Origin: Eledone cirrhosa
Lineage: Eukaryota
DNA: 64,000 bases
Assembly (NCBI GenBank): GCA_964016885.1
Contig: OZ024740.1
Coordinates: 433,318,001 to 433,382,000, forward strand
Reading direction: 5' to 3'
This document shows positions 1-11,962 of this stretch, in pieces. Below the pieces are notes generated by a model that ran no database searches, was not told the origin of the DNA, and was given only the letters and a program-made list of their open reading frames with translations. Position 1 is the first letter of the stretch, and each line of letters starts with the position of its first letter. Both the position numbers and the translations under genes were made by a program.

Positions 1-19
1 GGAGGAAACAATAGCACCA

Positions 20-260
20 CTGACGATGTGGCAGATGTGTAACGAAAGAACTTTGATAAACTATATATATGTGTTTGTGTCTATATGGTATCTGTATTTT
101 TGACCGTCGGTCAGTCAATGGCAACGTTGAGGACTGAATAAATTAAATTACCGATATAAAGGACGCAGAAGCGAAAAGCGAAAACCAACCAAACAGTGAG
201 TGTGTTCTGTTATTAATTCTGGCAATATTACACAAATATGACCCTCCCCAAGTATAACAA
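20..260 (+). repeat. Dispersed repeat, second copy at ~19519-19735; possibly a Penelope-like pseudo-LTR remnant
   Basis: Both copies share ACTGA(C/A)GATGT.GCAGA..TGTGT.A..AAAGAACTTTGA ... AAACAGTGAGTGTGTT ... ACCCTCCCCAA.TATAACAA. This copy ends at a (TA)n tract and begins with a CTGAnGA...GAAA hammerhead-like core. Confidence 0.55.
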
Positions 261-282
261 TATATATATATATATATATATA

Positions 283-478
283 TAACAAAGGAAGTGTGGT
301 AAGGAACCAAGTGGACCATAACGTACCAGAGTACTGAATACTAAGGGTAGTAGAGTGGGTAATAGGAAAATGTTCAAGACCCCGACGGCAGAGCTCAAGC
401 CGTTTCGAAGGCTATTTCTGGACTCCAGAAATAGCCGTCAAAACGGCTTGAGCTCTGCCCTCGGGGTCTTGAACATTT

Positions 479-567
<89 letters not shown>

Positions 568-630
568 GGAAAAAAATCAGGACCCCGACGGCAGAGCTCA
601 AGCCGTTTCGACATATCTATTTCTGGACTT
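283..630 (-). mobile_element. Penelope-like terminal-repeat fragments: inverted pair 364-482 plus a third copy 568-630, embedded in (TA)n
   Basis: 364-421 and 422-482 are near-perfect reverse complements. The minus strand reads GAAACGGC-TTGAGCTCT-GCCGTC-GGGG, matching the hammerhead GAAA/stem III/GUC half. Flanked by (TA)n tracts. Confidence 0.5.
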
Positions 631-634
631 ATAT

Positions 635-672
<38 letters not shown>

Positions 673-673
<1 letters not shown>

Positions 674-1240
674 GGAAAAAATGAAACAAAATTTTATTTC
701 TCACTCTTAGTACAGCTGTTATTTAAATAAGTATGTACACGTACATACATATATGTATACAGACGTACAGTAGTATGTATATATATATACATACATGCAC
801 ACATATATATATGTACGTATGGATTCACCGAACATTTATTATAATGCTCGGTGTGTTTGTAAACAAACATCCCGTATTAAGCCGTAGTGTCCAGCAACCA
901 CCGTTGCTCGTATGTTCAACACTGACAAAGGAACGCTGTACTAGTTTCAAGCTTATTAGCTATCGTCAGCAATGTATACCTTCCTGCCAGATTGTTGAAC
1001 GTATATACTTACCTTATCCATATTAATGGCTGGGTAGCCCAATTTGCATATTGAGTGGGTTAATCGGACGGGTGCACCGAAAACGATAAACGGAAAAAAT
1101 GAAACAAAATTTCATTTCCCACTCTTAGTACGGCTGTTACTTAAATATAAGTATGTACACGTACATACATATATGTATACAGATGTACAGTAGTATGTAT
1201 ATATATATACATACATGCACACATATATATATATATATAT
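673..1240. repeat. ~140-bp direct repeats (673-810 and 1091-1230) flanking a ~280-bp unique segment
   Basis: CGGAAAAAATGAAACAAAATTT...GTACAGTAGTATGTAT...CATGCACACATATAT occurs twice, 418 bp apart. Confidence 0.8.
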
Positions 1241-1710
1241 AAAATAGAATAACACTATGAAAAAAAGACTAGCTATGAACATTGTTAATGAGAAGTGATT
1301 TCAGTAATTTTTGTTGAAAACTTTCCAAGAATATTAGCATTGTAATATGTGATTATAGACAAGTAGTCCCCTTGGCAATACATTTAACAAACATTTAAGC
1401 AAGCATTATTAACAAGTTCAGAGGAAGAAAAAAATAATTTGCCATTATTGAACTGTGCCTGGTATAGTTAGGTTGTTTGTTAGTTACCTTTCTATATTAC
1501 TAGTAATCACATCTCACAAATAGTAAATATGTCTATGTGGGTATACATCCATCCATATGTAGTTGATGGCTGAGAGAAAGGAGTACTCAATACCGAAGTA
1601 GTTTTAATATTCAATATTATTAAGGGTAAAAAGAGACCCTGTGTGATAAACAGCAAAACTCCAGAGTAACAAGACTCACTTTTTAGCCTTAATAATATTA
1701 AATATATAAA

Positions 1711-2010
1711 TCATCATCATCATCATCAACGTTTAACGTCCGTGTTCCACGCTTGCATGGGTTTGGACGGGGGTAGTCCCACTTGAGGCAAGAGTGAGTG
1801 TCTTGCTCGCATAGGACTGTCTGGCAGGTTTTCTACAGTTGGATGCCCTTCCTAACACCAACCACATTTACAGTGTGGGTCTGGGAGGTTTTTACCGTGT
1901 TGCCTACACGGCCACATTACAGCGTGGACTGTGTGTTTTTTTGTCGTGACACCTACACGATCTCATTTGTTTCGGCCTCGATGGCGCGGCACCAACATAA
2001 CTTTACATAG
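1711..2010 (-). mobile_element. Non-autonomous RTE-derived element (RTE 5'-UTR motif + RTE 3' tail)
   Basis: Minus strand ends CCCGTCCAAACCCATGCAAGCGTGGAACACGGACGTTAAA..(GAT)n, like the RTE 3' end at 29475-29527. It also contains GGTGTTAGGAAGGGCATCCAAC, shared with the RTE 5' UTR at ~21167-21188. Confidence 0.7.
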
Positions 2011-2067
2011 AACGGGGTGGTGTGGATGGGGTGGGGGTGGTTATATATATTTTGTTTTTTTGTGATT

Positions 2068-2568
2068 ACAACCCTGAGTAGGGAGTCTCCTCACCATCCA
2101 CTGGAGTGACTGTCACCAATATTGAAGTCCTTGAATGGGCAGAGGTCACCAGCATCGAGACCATGCTGCTGAAGTCCCAACTGCACTGGACAAGATGAAG
2201 GATCATTGCCTGCTTTGGATCCTGCTGTATGGCAAACTCTCCACTGGCCATCGTGATGGGGGGAACCAAGGAAGCGATACAAGGACTGTTTGAATAAATT
2301 CCTTGGTGCCAATCACATCGACCATTGCCGGTGGTGCACCCTAGCTGAGAACTGGGACTTTTGGCATCTCACAATCAACTCTGCTGTCTCCTCCTTCGAA
2401 AATACCCTCAGGGCCACCCTTGACAATAAAAGGCACAGGAGGAAGAACCACAACATCAAACCTGACCAAACCTTCAACTGCAGCCACAGGCCATGCTTGC
2501 CTGTCTTGCATTGGCCTGAACAACTGTGAGCATACCTGCAGTCAACATGGACCAAGCCAAGCCATGAT
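2068..2568 (+). mobile_element. Degenerate 3' fragment of an RTE/BovB-like LINE
   Basis: Frame-broken translation LLTIHWSD..VTNIEVLEWAEVTSIETMLLKSQLHW ... HIDHCRWCTLAEN..SSFENTLRATLDNKRHRRKN..FNCSH..CLSCIGL..EHTC resembles the BovB-like C-terminus with a Cys/His motif; ends in GATG. Confidence 0.7.
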
Positions 2569-2870
2569 GGAGAAAGCAGTTGCTAGGAGCAATGGAAAAG
2601 ACTTTGGTTTGTCTATTTCTAAAATACAAGTCCACACAGAAGTAAAAACAAATAAATTAAAGTTAAGAGGCTGGTGTATAGTTGGAGGTGTGTGGTGTTA
2701 AATAGAGAGACAAATACTATTTTGATAGGATAACAACGGCAGGTAACATTACCAGAAGATTTGGTACCTTTACTTGAGAGATACAGAAACAGATTGTAGA
2801 ACTAAGTATATAATACAATAAACATGTAGTGGAGTTGAGCTATTAGTCAAAGTTTGCTCTCTTAGTGAAT

Positions 2871-3000
2871 TCATCATCATCATCATCGTTTAATGTCTAT
2901 CTTCCACGCTAGCATGGGTTAGACGGGAATTGTCCCACTTGAGGCAAGATTGGTTGGGTGACCGTGTCTCACTTGTATAGGACTGTCTGGCAGGTTTTCC
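2871..3000 (-). mobile_element. Second, shorter copy of the non-autonomous RTE-tailed element
   Basis: (CAT)n-CGTTTAATGTC..TTCCACGCTAGCATGGGTTAGACGGG..GTCCCACTTGAGGCAAGA..ATAGGACTGTCTGGCAGGTTTT matches 1711-1832. Confidence 0.75.
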
Positions 3001-3096
3001 ACCTACATATTTATTGAAGAAGGTGTTGCAGGTAGCTGAAGCAAGCGAATTTGCTGCAGTTGGCCATAATACAAGCCAAAATCTAATAGTTTATAT

Positions 3097-3325
3097 CTGA
3101 TAAAGCTCTGACATCTGGCAACTGTCTTAGTAGACACCCACAAGATTAACCATCTTTCCAACAACAACCCTGAGCACCTTTTTAAATTCCATGTATCTAA
3201 CACCCATAAATATGTGACAAAATCAGAAAACAGCACAGCTCCCATGACTTTTGGAAATATTTTTTCATGCTCAGAGTTACTGAAGCATGGAACAAACTAC
3301 CTGCATCAGTTGTTAGATGTTGAGA
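3097..3325 (+). mobile_element. Degenerate CR1 ORF2 3' fragment
   Basis: Colinear with 26938-27168 (AAGCTC..GGCAACTG..ACACCCACAA..AACAACAACCCTGAG..GAAGCATGGAACAAACTACCTGCATCAGTTGTTAG). Confidence 0.85.
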
Positions 3326-3364
3326 AATACACATAGTGATGTGGTTGTGCTGGTGACATTACAA

Positions 3365-3640
3365 AAAGCATTTTCATGGTGATTTATGAGAATCTTCCCA
3401 TTTTTTATAGTGATTTTAAAAAATGAACAAAATGCTGGAGACTCAAGAAATGATGAGTGACAACCCCTCAAAATTTCCCAGATTTCCAATCCAAGAGTGA
3501 CAGAATGCAGAGCACTTAATTACAGAATTTATAAAATATATTCTGGAAGGCTTGGAATTCAACTTCAAAGATGGACAAACTTCAAAACTTAAAAAACACA
3601 TTCACATGTTCATCTGGAAATGTTTATGTTTTAACATGCT
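3365..3640 (+). mobile_element. Degenerate Penelope-like RT-to-GIY-YIG linker remnant
   Basis: Frame-shifted translation ..YENLPIFYSD..KMNKMLETQ..PRVTECRA..YILEGLEFNFKDGQTSKLK..TFTCSSGNVYVLTC resembles the PLE region preceding the GIY motif. Confidence 0.45.
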
Positions 3641-3697
3641 TTGCCTTTCATCCTTTTAAGGTTGATAAAAAAAGTACCAGTGTCATACTGGAGTAAT
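3640..3697 (+). mobile_element. Core fragment of the tRNA-derived SINE family also at 15464, 16842 and 33230
   Basis: TTTGCCTTTCATCCTTTTAAGGTTGATAAAAAAAGTACCAGT..ACTGG matches the core at 16734-16788. Confidence 0.7.
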
Positions 3698-3723
3698 TTC
3701 TTCCTCAATATATCTTTCTCACT

Positions 3724-3757
<34 letters not shown>

Positions 3758-4019
3758 TCTGGAAGAAATAGGCTGTGTCCAGACTTGGAGAAAAGTTGGG
3801 CTCTGCCAGGTTTTTAAAAAATGCCTAAGAAATGCTGTATGACATTATGGCACCTCTATGATTTCACAGTGAATTATGGGTAAAAAAGAAAGAAAAGAAG
3901 ATATAGAACAAATTACATTGGAATAACTAGTAATAGTCTCTCGAAAAGGATGATTATCCGCCAATGACAAATCCAAAATAGAAATACTAGAAAGAATACA
4001 TGGAGTGGACATAGAGAAA

Positions 4020-4620
4020 AACCTTTCCCAACTTGAGAATTTTTCGTAGTTCATTGATACAAAATTGTTTGTTTTAAAATATTTATCTATCTATCTATAT
4101 ACTACTAAAACTCAGTGACTGTGTGCTTGTCTGTAATTTAATACAACCAAAATGGCACATAATGGGAAAATACTTTGACAGGAAATTGCCCCCGAAAAGG
4201 GAATACAAATGGAATAAAACAAGTTTCGCATAAATTGGAGCACAGGTTCCCAAGATACGGGGTTTTTCCAGGAACCTTCATAAATAGCAAACAGCTCTGT
4301 GATAACCAATGAGACTGCTGGTGTGCTTACCGTTGTTTTATTTCCGGAAAGCCTTAGTGCAGTCAAAGACAGGAAGAGATTCCACTTAGGTAACAACTAG
4401 ACCATTCATGACCCAACAGCTCATGATTGGTCTAGTATTTATCTAAAAACCTTCCATCATAATTCTATGTAAGAACATGTGTTAAGTTATGTTCCTAATC
4501 TGAACATAATAATGAGAAAGTTATATTATCAAATGCTATCAAAGTTTTGAGTATTTTCAAAATGATTTTCAAATCATAGGTAGTGCCTTTACTTAGAAAT
4601 ATGATAATGAAAGGATTAAT
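4020..4620 (+). mobile_element. Diverged piggyBac-type MITE, interrupted by a Helitron-like insert, right end amplified into the 48-bp array
   Basis: Segments GTTC..TGATACAAA..TGTTTTAAA / AAAACCTTCCATCA..TAATAATGA.AAAGTTA..ATTTTCAAAAT..AGAAATATG are partly colinear with the copies at 11735-11962 and 13127-13304; family assignment is partly from recognition. Confidence 0.5.
4094..4435 (+). mobile_element. Putative non-autonomous Helitron
   Basis: Begins A|TCTATATACTACTAAAA and ends ...TGGTCTAG|T (A/T target, no TSD). Subterminal hairpin ACTAGACCATTCATGA-CCCAACAGC-TCATGATTGGTCTAGT. Confidence 0.5.
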
Positions 4621-7600
4621 GACATTAACAGTGTCTTTAATTAGAAATATGATAATGAAAGGATTAATGACATTAACAGTGTCTTTACTTAGAAATATGA
4701 TAATGAGATGATTAATGACATTAACAGTGCCTTTACTTAGAAATATGGTAATGAGATGATTAATGACATTAACAGTGCCTTTACTTAGAAATATGATAAT
4801 GAAAGGATTAATGACATTAACAGTGCCTTTACTTAGAAATATGATAATGAAAGGATTAATGACATTAACAGTGCCTTTACTTAGAAATATGATAATGAAA
4901 GGATTAATGACATTAACAGTGCCTTTACTTAGAAATATGATAATGAAAGGATTAATGACATTAACAGTGTCTTTACTTAGAAATATGATAATGAAAGGAT
5001 TAATGACATTAACAGTGCCTTTACTTAGAAATATGGTAATGAAAGGGTTAATGACATTAACAGTGCCTTTACTTAGAAATATGGTAATGAAAGGATTAAT
5101 GACATTAACAGTGTCTTTACTTAGAAATATGGTAATGAAAGGATTAATGACATTAACAGTGTCTTTAATTAGAAATATGATAATGAAAGGATTAATGACA
5201 TTAACAGTGTCTTTAATTAGAAATATGATAATGAAAGGATTAATGACATTAACAGTGCCTTTACTTAGAAATATGGTAATGAAAGGATTAATGACATTAA
5301 CAGTGTCTTTACTTAGAAATATGGTAATGAAAGGATTAATGACATTAACAGTGTCTTTAATTAGAAATATGATAATGAAAGGATTAATGACATTAACAGT
5401 GTCTTTAATTAGAAATATGATAATGAAAGGATTAATGACATTAACAGTGCCTTTACTTAGAAATATGGTAATGAGAGGGTTAATGACATTAACAGTGCCT
5501 TTACTTAGAAATATGATAATGAAAGGGTTAATGACATTAACAGTGTCTTTAATTAGAAATATGGTAATGAAAGGATTAATGACATTAACAGTGCCTTTAC
5601 TTAGAAATATGGTAATGAAAGGATTAATGACATTAACAGTGCCTTTACTTAGAAATATGGTAATGAAAGGGTTAATGACATAGACAGTGTCTTTAATTAG
5701 AAATTTGGTAATGAAAGGATTAATGACATTAACAGTGTCTTTAATTAGAAATATGATAATGAAAGGATTAATGACATTAACAGTGCCTTTACTTAGAAAT
5801 ATGGTAATGAGAGGGTTAATGACATTAACAGTGCCTTTACTTAGAAATATGGTAATGAAAGGGTTAATGACATAGACAGTGTCTTTAATTAGAAATATGG
5901 TAATGAAAGGATTAATGACATTAACAGTGTCTTTAATTAGAAATATGGTAATGAAAGGATTAATGACATTAACAGTGTCTTTAATTAGAAATATGGTAAT
6001 GAAAGGATTAATGACATTAACAGTGTCTGTAATTAGAAATATGGTAATGAAAGGATTAATGACATTAACAGTGTCTGTAATTAGAAATATGGTAATGAAA
6101 GGATTAATGACATTAACAGTGTCTTTAATTAGAAATATGGTAATGAAAGGATTAATGACATTAACAGTGTCTTTAATTAGAAATATGGTAATGAAAGGAT
6201 TAATGACATTAACAGTGCCTTTACTTAGAAATATGGTAATGAAAGGATTAATGACATTAACAGTGTCTTTCATTAGAAATATGGTAATGAAAGGATTAAT
6301 GACATTAACAGTGTCTGTAATTAGAAATATGGTAATGAAAGGATTAATGACATTAACAGTGTCTGTAATTAGAAATATGGTAATGAACGAGTTAATGACA
6401 TAGACAGTGTCTTTAATTAGAAATATGATAATGAAAGGGTTAATGACATTAACAGTGCCTTTACTTAGAAATATGATAATGAAAGGATTAATGACATTAA
6501 CAGTGTCTTTCATTAGAAATATGGTAATGAAAGGATTAATGACATTAACAGTGTCTGTAATTAGAAATATGGTAATGAAAGGATTAATGACATTAACAGT
6601 GTCTGTAATTAGAAATATGGTAATGAAAGGATTAATGACATTAACAGTGTCTTTACTTAGAAATATGGTAATGAAAGGATTAATGACATTAACAGTGCCT
6701 TTACTTAGAAATATGATAATGAAAGGGTTAATGACATAGACAGTGTCTTTAATTAGAAATATGATAATGAAAGGGTTAATGACATTAACAGTGCCTTTAC
6801 TTAGAAATATGATAATGAAAGGATTAATGACATTAACAGTGTCTTTCATTAGAAATATGGTAATGAAAGGATTAATGACATTAAAAGTGTCTTTACTTAG
6901 AAATATGGTAATGAAAGGATTAATGACATTAACAGTGTCTTTAATTAGAAATATGATAATGAAAGGATTAATGACATTAACAGTGTCTTTAATTAGAAAT
7001 ATGATAATGAAAGGATTAATGACATTAACAGTGTCTTTAATTAGAAATATGACAATGAAAGGATTAATGACATTAACAGTGTCTGTAATTAGAAATATGG
7101 TAATGAAAGGATTAATGACATTAACAGTGTCTTTACTTAGAAATATGATAATGAAAGGGTTAATGACATAGACAGTGTCTTTAATTAGAAATATGATAAT
7201 GAAAGGGTTAATGACATAGACAGTGTCTTTAATTAGAAATATGATAATGAAAGGGTTAATGACATTAACAGTGCCTTTACTTAGAAATATGGTAATGAAA
7301 GGGTTAATGACATAGACAGTGTCTTTTACTTAGAAATATGGTAATGAAAGGATTAATGACATTAACAGTGCCTTTACTTAGAAATATGATAATGAAAGGA
7401 TTAATGACATAAACAGTGTCTTTAATTAGAAATATGATAATGAAAGGATTAATGACATTAACAGTGTCTGTAATTAGAAATATGGTAATGAAAGGATTAA
7501 TGACATTAACAGTGCCTTTACTTAGAAATATGGTAATGAAAGGGTTAATGACATTAACAGTGCCTTTACTTAGAAATATGATAATGAAAGGGTTAATGAC

Positions 7601-8168
7601 ATTAACAGTGTCTTTACTTAGAAATATGGTAATGAAAGGATTAATGACATTAACAGTGCCTTTACTTAGAAATATGATAATGAAAGGATTAATGACATAA
7701 ACAGTGTCTTTAATTAGAAATATGATAATGAAAGGATTAATGACATTAACAGTGTCTTTAATTAGAAATATGATAATGAAAGGATTAATGACATTAACAG
7801 TGTCTTTACTTAGAAATATGGTAATGAAAGGGTTAATGACATTAACAGTGTCTTTAATTAGAAATATGATAATGAAAGGATTAATGACATTAACAGTGCC
7901 TTTAATTAGAAATATGGTAATGAAAGGGTTAATGACATAGACAGTGTCATTAGAAATATGGTAATGAAAGGGTTAATGACATAGACAGTGTCTTTAATTA
8001 GAAATATGGTAATGAAAGGGTTAATGACATTAACAGTGTCTTTCATTAGAAATATGGTAATGAAAGGGTTAATGACATAGACAGTGTCTTTCATTAGAAA
8101 TATGGTAATGAAAGGGTTAATGACATTAACAGTGTCTTTCATTAGAAATATGGTAATGAAAGGGTTAA
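4582..8168. repeat. 48-bp tandem satellite, ~75 copies
   Basis: Unit CAGTGTCTTTAATTAGAAATATGGTAATGAAAGGATTAATGACATTAA with a few variable sites; ends exactly at GAAAGGGTTAA. Confidence 0.97.
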
Positions 8169-8357
8169 AAGTTGCAGCCTTTAATATTTTTAGCTGAACA
8201 TATAAAGGAATTTGACTGGTAATGTAACATGGAAGTCAATATAGTTTAATAATCCTAAGAGTGATCATAACATATTCCTCTGACAACTCTCCAGTAATAC
8301 TCTGCTCAATCAGAGCTGATTTGAGGCTAATTAACACTAATAGTAATTAGTTAGACC

Positions 8358-8560
8358 AACAGATCAACTCAGAGAAGATCACAACTCATAGAAGAGCAAC
8401 AGAGTCAACTCATAGAAATTCAACAGATCAACAGAGTCAACAATCAACTCATCAACTGAGAAGATCAACAGAGTCAATAGATGAACAGATCAACTCATAA
8501 AAGATTACCAAATCAACAGATCAACTCATAGAAGATCAACAAAACAACAGAGTCACAACC
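8358..8560. repeat. Degenerate short tandem repeat (CAGATCAACTCATAGAAGATCAA / CAGAGTCAA motifs)
   Basis: Recurring AACAGATCAACTCA, AGAAGATCAA and AACAGAGTCAA blocks. Confidence 0.7.
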
Positions 8561-8902
8561 AAAAGCTGTGAAATGATTCATTATTTGACTTGGCATGCAG
8601 AAAATTCACAGCATTTTCTATTCTAAACAGATTTGGGCTTCTAACCAGAACTGGTTTTCATCTTCAAAATATAACTTCCACTATAGTCTAACCAGTAAAA
8701 ATCAATGTATACGCAGATACTTCTCCTTTCTCTGCTGAAAAGTTTTAAACGAAAACTCTCAATTACTTCAATAAGCATTTGATCTCAAACACAAAGAAAA
8801 TATTTGGGATTATATATTGGCAATTGGACAAGAACCAATTCTTAAATGCAGATGATCTGCAGGCTGCAAGAAAATATTAGAGTTAATCAGTACTACTTCA
8901 AC

Positions 8903-8904
8903 TA

Positions 8905-8962
<58 letters not shown>

Positions 8963-8985
8963 CATACACATATATACACACACAC

Positions 8986-9018
<33 letters not shown>

Positions 9019-9422
9019 TATATATATATATACACACACACATATACACACATACACACACATATACACACATACACACACACATACACACACATATATA
9101 TATATATATACATATATATATATGTAAATATATATATAAATATATACACATACATATACATACATACAATATATACACAGATGTATATACATACAATATA
9201 TACCCACATGTATATACATACAATATATACCCACATATACATACATACAATATATACCCACATATATACATACAATATATACCCACATATATACATACAT
9301 ACAATATATACACACATATACATACATACAATATATACACACATATACATACATACAATATATACCCCAGATATACATACATACAATATATACACACATA
9401 TACATACATACAATATATACAC
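8903..9422. repeat. (TA)n/(CA)n compound microsatellite grading into a ~27-bp ATATATACACACATATACATACATACA minisatellite
   Basis: Direct inspection. Confidence 0.9.
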
Positions 9423-9438
9423 AGTTGTTATTTTAACA

Positions 9439-9600
9439 TTAACCCTTCAGCATTTAAACTGGTCATATCCGGCCAGAATAGTCTCACCTCTTCTCTTCAA
9501 ACCAGCTATAACTTGCTGCTTCTACTGATGTTATGGTATTGTTCTCAAAATAAATAATATCAAAATCTCATAGATTCGGTATTATGTGAGATATGTAAGA
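9439..9600 (+). mobile_element. Left end of a second piggyBac-type MITE family
   Basis: TTAA|CCCTTCAGCATTTAAACTGGTCATATCCGGCC; TTAA+CCC terminus typical of piggyBac; right end not located. Confidence 0.45.
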
Positions 9601-10015
9601 CAAAGCCTTTACCATGAAAATACAATAGTAAATACAGAGTAATGTAAATACTGTTGATAGTAAACTGGTAACGTTTGATTCATTAACAATATTTTAAGTG
9701 ACTTTCTCCACTTTTTAATATTTTTTACATTTCTTTCCAAAGGCAGCAGCTAACCCATAATTTTATTTTGGCCTTGGCTATTTTTATGGTCAATTTTATA
9801 TGCTCTTGGGTTTTATAGGACCTGGGGTTCCTCTTTATATCTACTTAGGCCACATCCTCTCTGTTATATTTGCTCTATTATTTGAATTCATAGAAAAATG
9901 AGAAAAATCATTGCTAGAACAGCTGTTAAATTGACAGTGATGGGCAAAAATGCCTCAGCAGCCAGTGGTCAACAGAGAGACAACCCATGAGGTGGGTGAC
10001 AGACATGAAATATAG

Positions 10016-11573
10016 ATTTTTTTTCATGCTCAGAGTTGCTGAAGCATGGAACAAACTCCCTGCATCAGTTGTTAGCTGCTGAGACACTGCATCCTTTAAA
10101 ACCTCCATGGAACAAACTACCTGCATCAGTTGTTAGCTGCCGAGACACTGCATCCTTTAAAACCTCCATGGAACAAACTACCTGCATCAGTTGTTAGCTG
10201 TCAAGACACTGCATCCTTTAAAACCTCTATGGAACAAACTACCTGCATCAGTTGTTAGCTGTCAAGACACTGCATCCTTTAAAACCTCCATGGAACAAAC
10301 TACCTGCATCAGTTGTTAGCTGCCGAGACACTGCATCCTTTAAAACCTCCATGGAACAAACTACCTGCATCAGTTGTTAGCTGCCGGGACACTGCATCCT
10401 TTAAAACCTCCATGGAACAAACTACCTGCATCAGTTGTTAGCTGTCGAGACACTGCATCCTTTAAAACCTCCATGGAACAAACTACCTGCATCAGTTGTT
10501 AGCTGCCGAGACACTGCATCCTTTAAAACCTCCATGGAACAAACTACCTGCATCAGTTGTTAGCTGTCAAGACACTGCATCCTTTAAAACCTCCATGAAA
10601 CAAACTACCTGCATCAGTTGTTAGCTGTTGAGACACTGAATCCTTTAAAACCTCCATGGAACAAACTCCCTGCATCAGTTGTTAGCTGTTGAGACACTAC
10701 ATCCTTTAAAACCTCCATGGAACAAACTACCTGCATTAGTTGTTAGCTGTCGAGACACTGCATCCTTTAAAAACCTCCATGGAACAAACTACCAGCATCA
10801 GTTGTTAGCTGTCAAGACACTGCATCCTTTAAAACCTCCATGGAACAAACTACCTGCATCAGTTGTTAGCTGTCGAGACACTGCATCCTTTAAAACCTCC
10901 ATGGAACAAACTACCTGCATCAGTTGTTAGCTGTCGAGACACTGCATCCTTTAAAAACCTCCATGGAACAAACTATCTGCATCAGTTGTTAGCTGTCGAG
11001 ACACTGCATCATTTAAAACCTCCATGGAACAAACTACCTGCATCAGTTGTTAGCTGTCGAGACACTGCATCCTTTAAAACCTCCATGGAACAAACTACCT
11101 GCATCAGTTGTTAGCTGTTGAGACACTGCATCCTTTAAAACCTCCATGGAACAAACTCCCTGCATCAGTTGTTAGCTGCCGAGACACTGCATCCTTTAAA
11201 ACCTCCATGGAACAAACTCCCTGCATCAGTTGTTAGCTGTCGAGACACTGCATCCTTTAAGACCTCCATGGAACAAACTCCCTGCATCAGTTGTTAGCTG
11301 TCGAGACACTGCATCCTTTAAGACCTCCATGGAGCAAACTACCGTCATCAGTTGTTAGCTGTCGAGACACTGCATCCTTTAAGACCTCCATGCTTCCTGA
11401 GATTCACCAACACTACACCTAATATTCTCCCTCCATACACATGTACATATGTATATCATGACTCATACACTATTCACTTTCCTGACATTAGTATATTATT
11501 CTATGTACTATACATGCACCTTTGATGAGTTGTAGTGCACCTGAGCAATGTACACAATAATTTCATTATTATT
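10016..11573 (+). mobile_element. CR1 3'-end fragment whose interior is expanded into a 61-bp array
   Basis: Flanks match 27101-27125 and 27190-27325 of the full CR1 (longer 3' UTR variant); ends TTTCATTATTATT. Confidence 0.9.
10045..11392. repeat. 61-bp tandem array, 22 copies, derived from the CR1 ORF2 C-terminus
   Basis: Unit CATGGAACAAACTACCTGCATCAGTTGTTAGCTGTCGAGACACTGCATCCTTTAAAACCTC corresponds to the CR1 segment between two CATG motifs (~27128-27192). Confidence 0.95.
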
Positions 11574-11734
11574 GAGAGAGGAGGACAAGAAGTGTGTTGG
11601 TGCATACCAACATTCACAGCCACCCAGGAGAGCACATCTATATAGAATAGATCTTAGATATTCTATTCAAAAATACATGAGCTAGGTTAGTAATTGTAGT
11701 ACATAATCTAACATGTCAAATTCTGCCAATTTCA

Positions 11735-11962
11735 ATGCCAACCTACCTCAAACCACCTCTGGTTCTATGGAATAAATCCATCCATTTAGAAAGTTCTCAT
11801 TTAAATAAAAAAAATTCAGCATAATTCTATATATAAAGCTTTTTGTTATATTACAAATATCACCTTAATAATTGAAATAATTTTAGTAAATCTCTCCAAA
11901 TTCTTCATTGATTCATTCGAATATAGGACCTTTCATTAGAAATATGGTAATGAAAGGGTTAA
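11735..11962 (+). mobile_element. Diverged piggyBac-type MITE (same family as 13127-13304), right end expanded
   Basis: GCCAACCTACCTCAAACCACCTCTGGTTCTATGGAATAAA resembles ACCAATCTAGCCTAAACTGTCTTTACTTCTAGGAAACAAA at 13141; runs into CATTAGAAATATGGTAATGAAAGGGTTAA. Confidence 0.55.

Noticed and set aside
3850-4020. Possible GIY-YIG remnant (HLYDFTV..NYIGITSNSLSKRM)
   Set aside because: Short, interrupted by stops; too weak to call without a profile search.
8610-8700. Possible host exon after a TTTTCTATTCTAAACAG acceptor (and a minus-strand GTAAGT donor near 17180)
   Set aside because: No recognisable protein, no matching partner splice sites; cannot be supported without RNA data.
8810-9557. 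YI/HT/VC-rich ORFs (also 355-684, 17900-18446, 20323-20872)
   Set aside because: Microsatellite translations.
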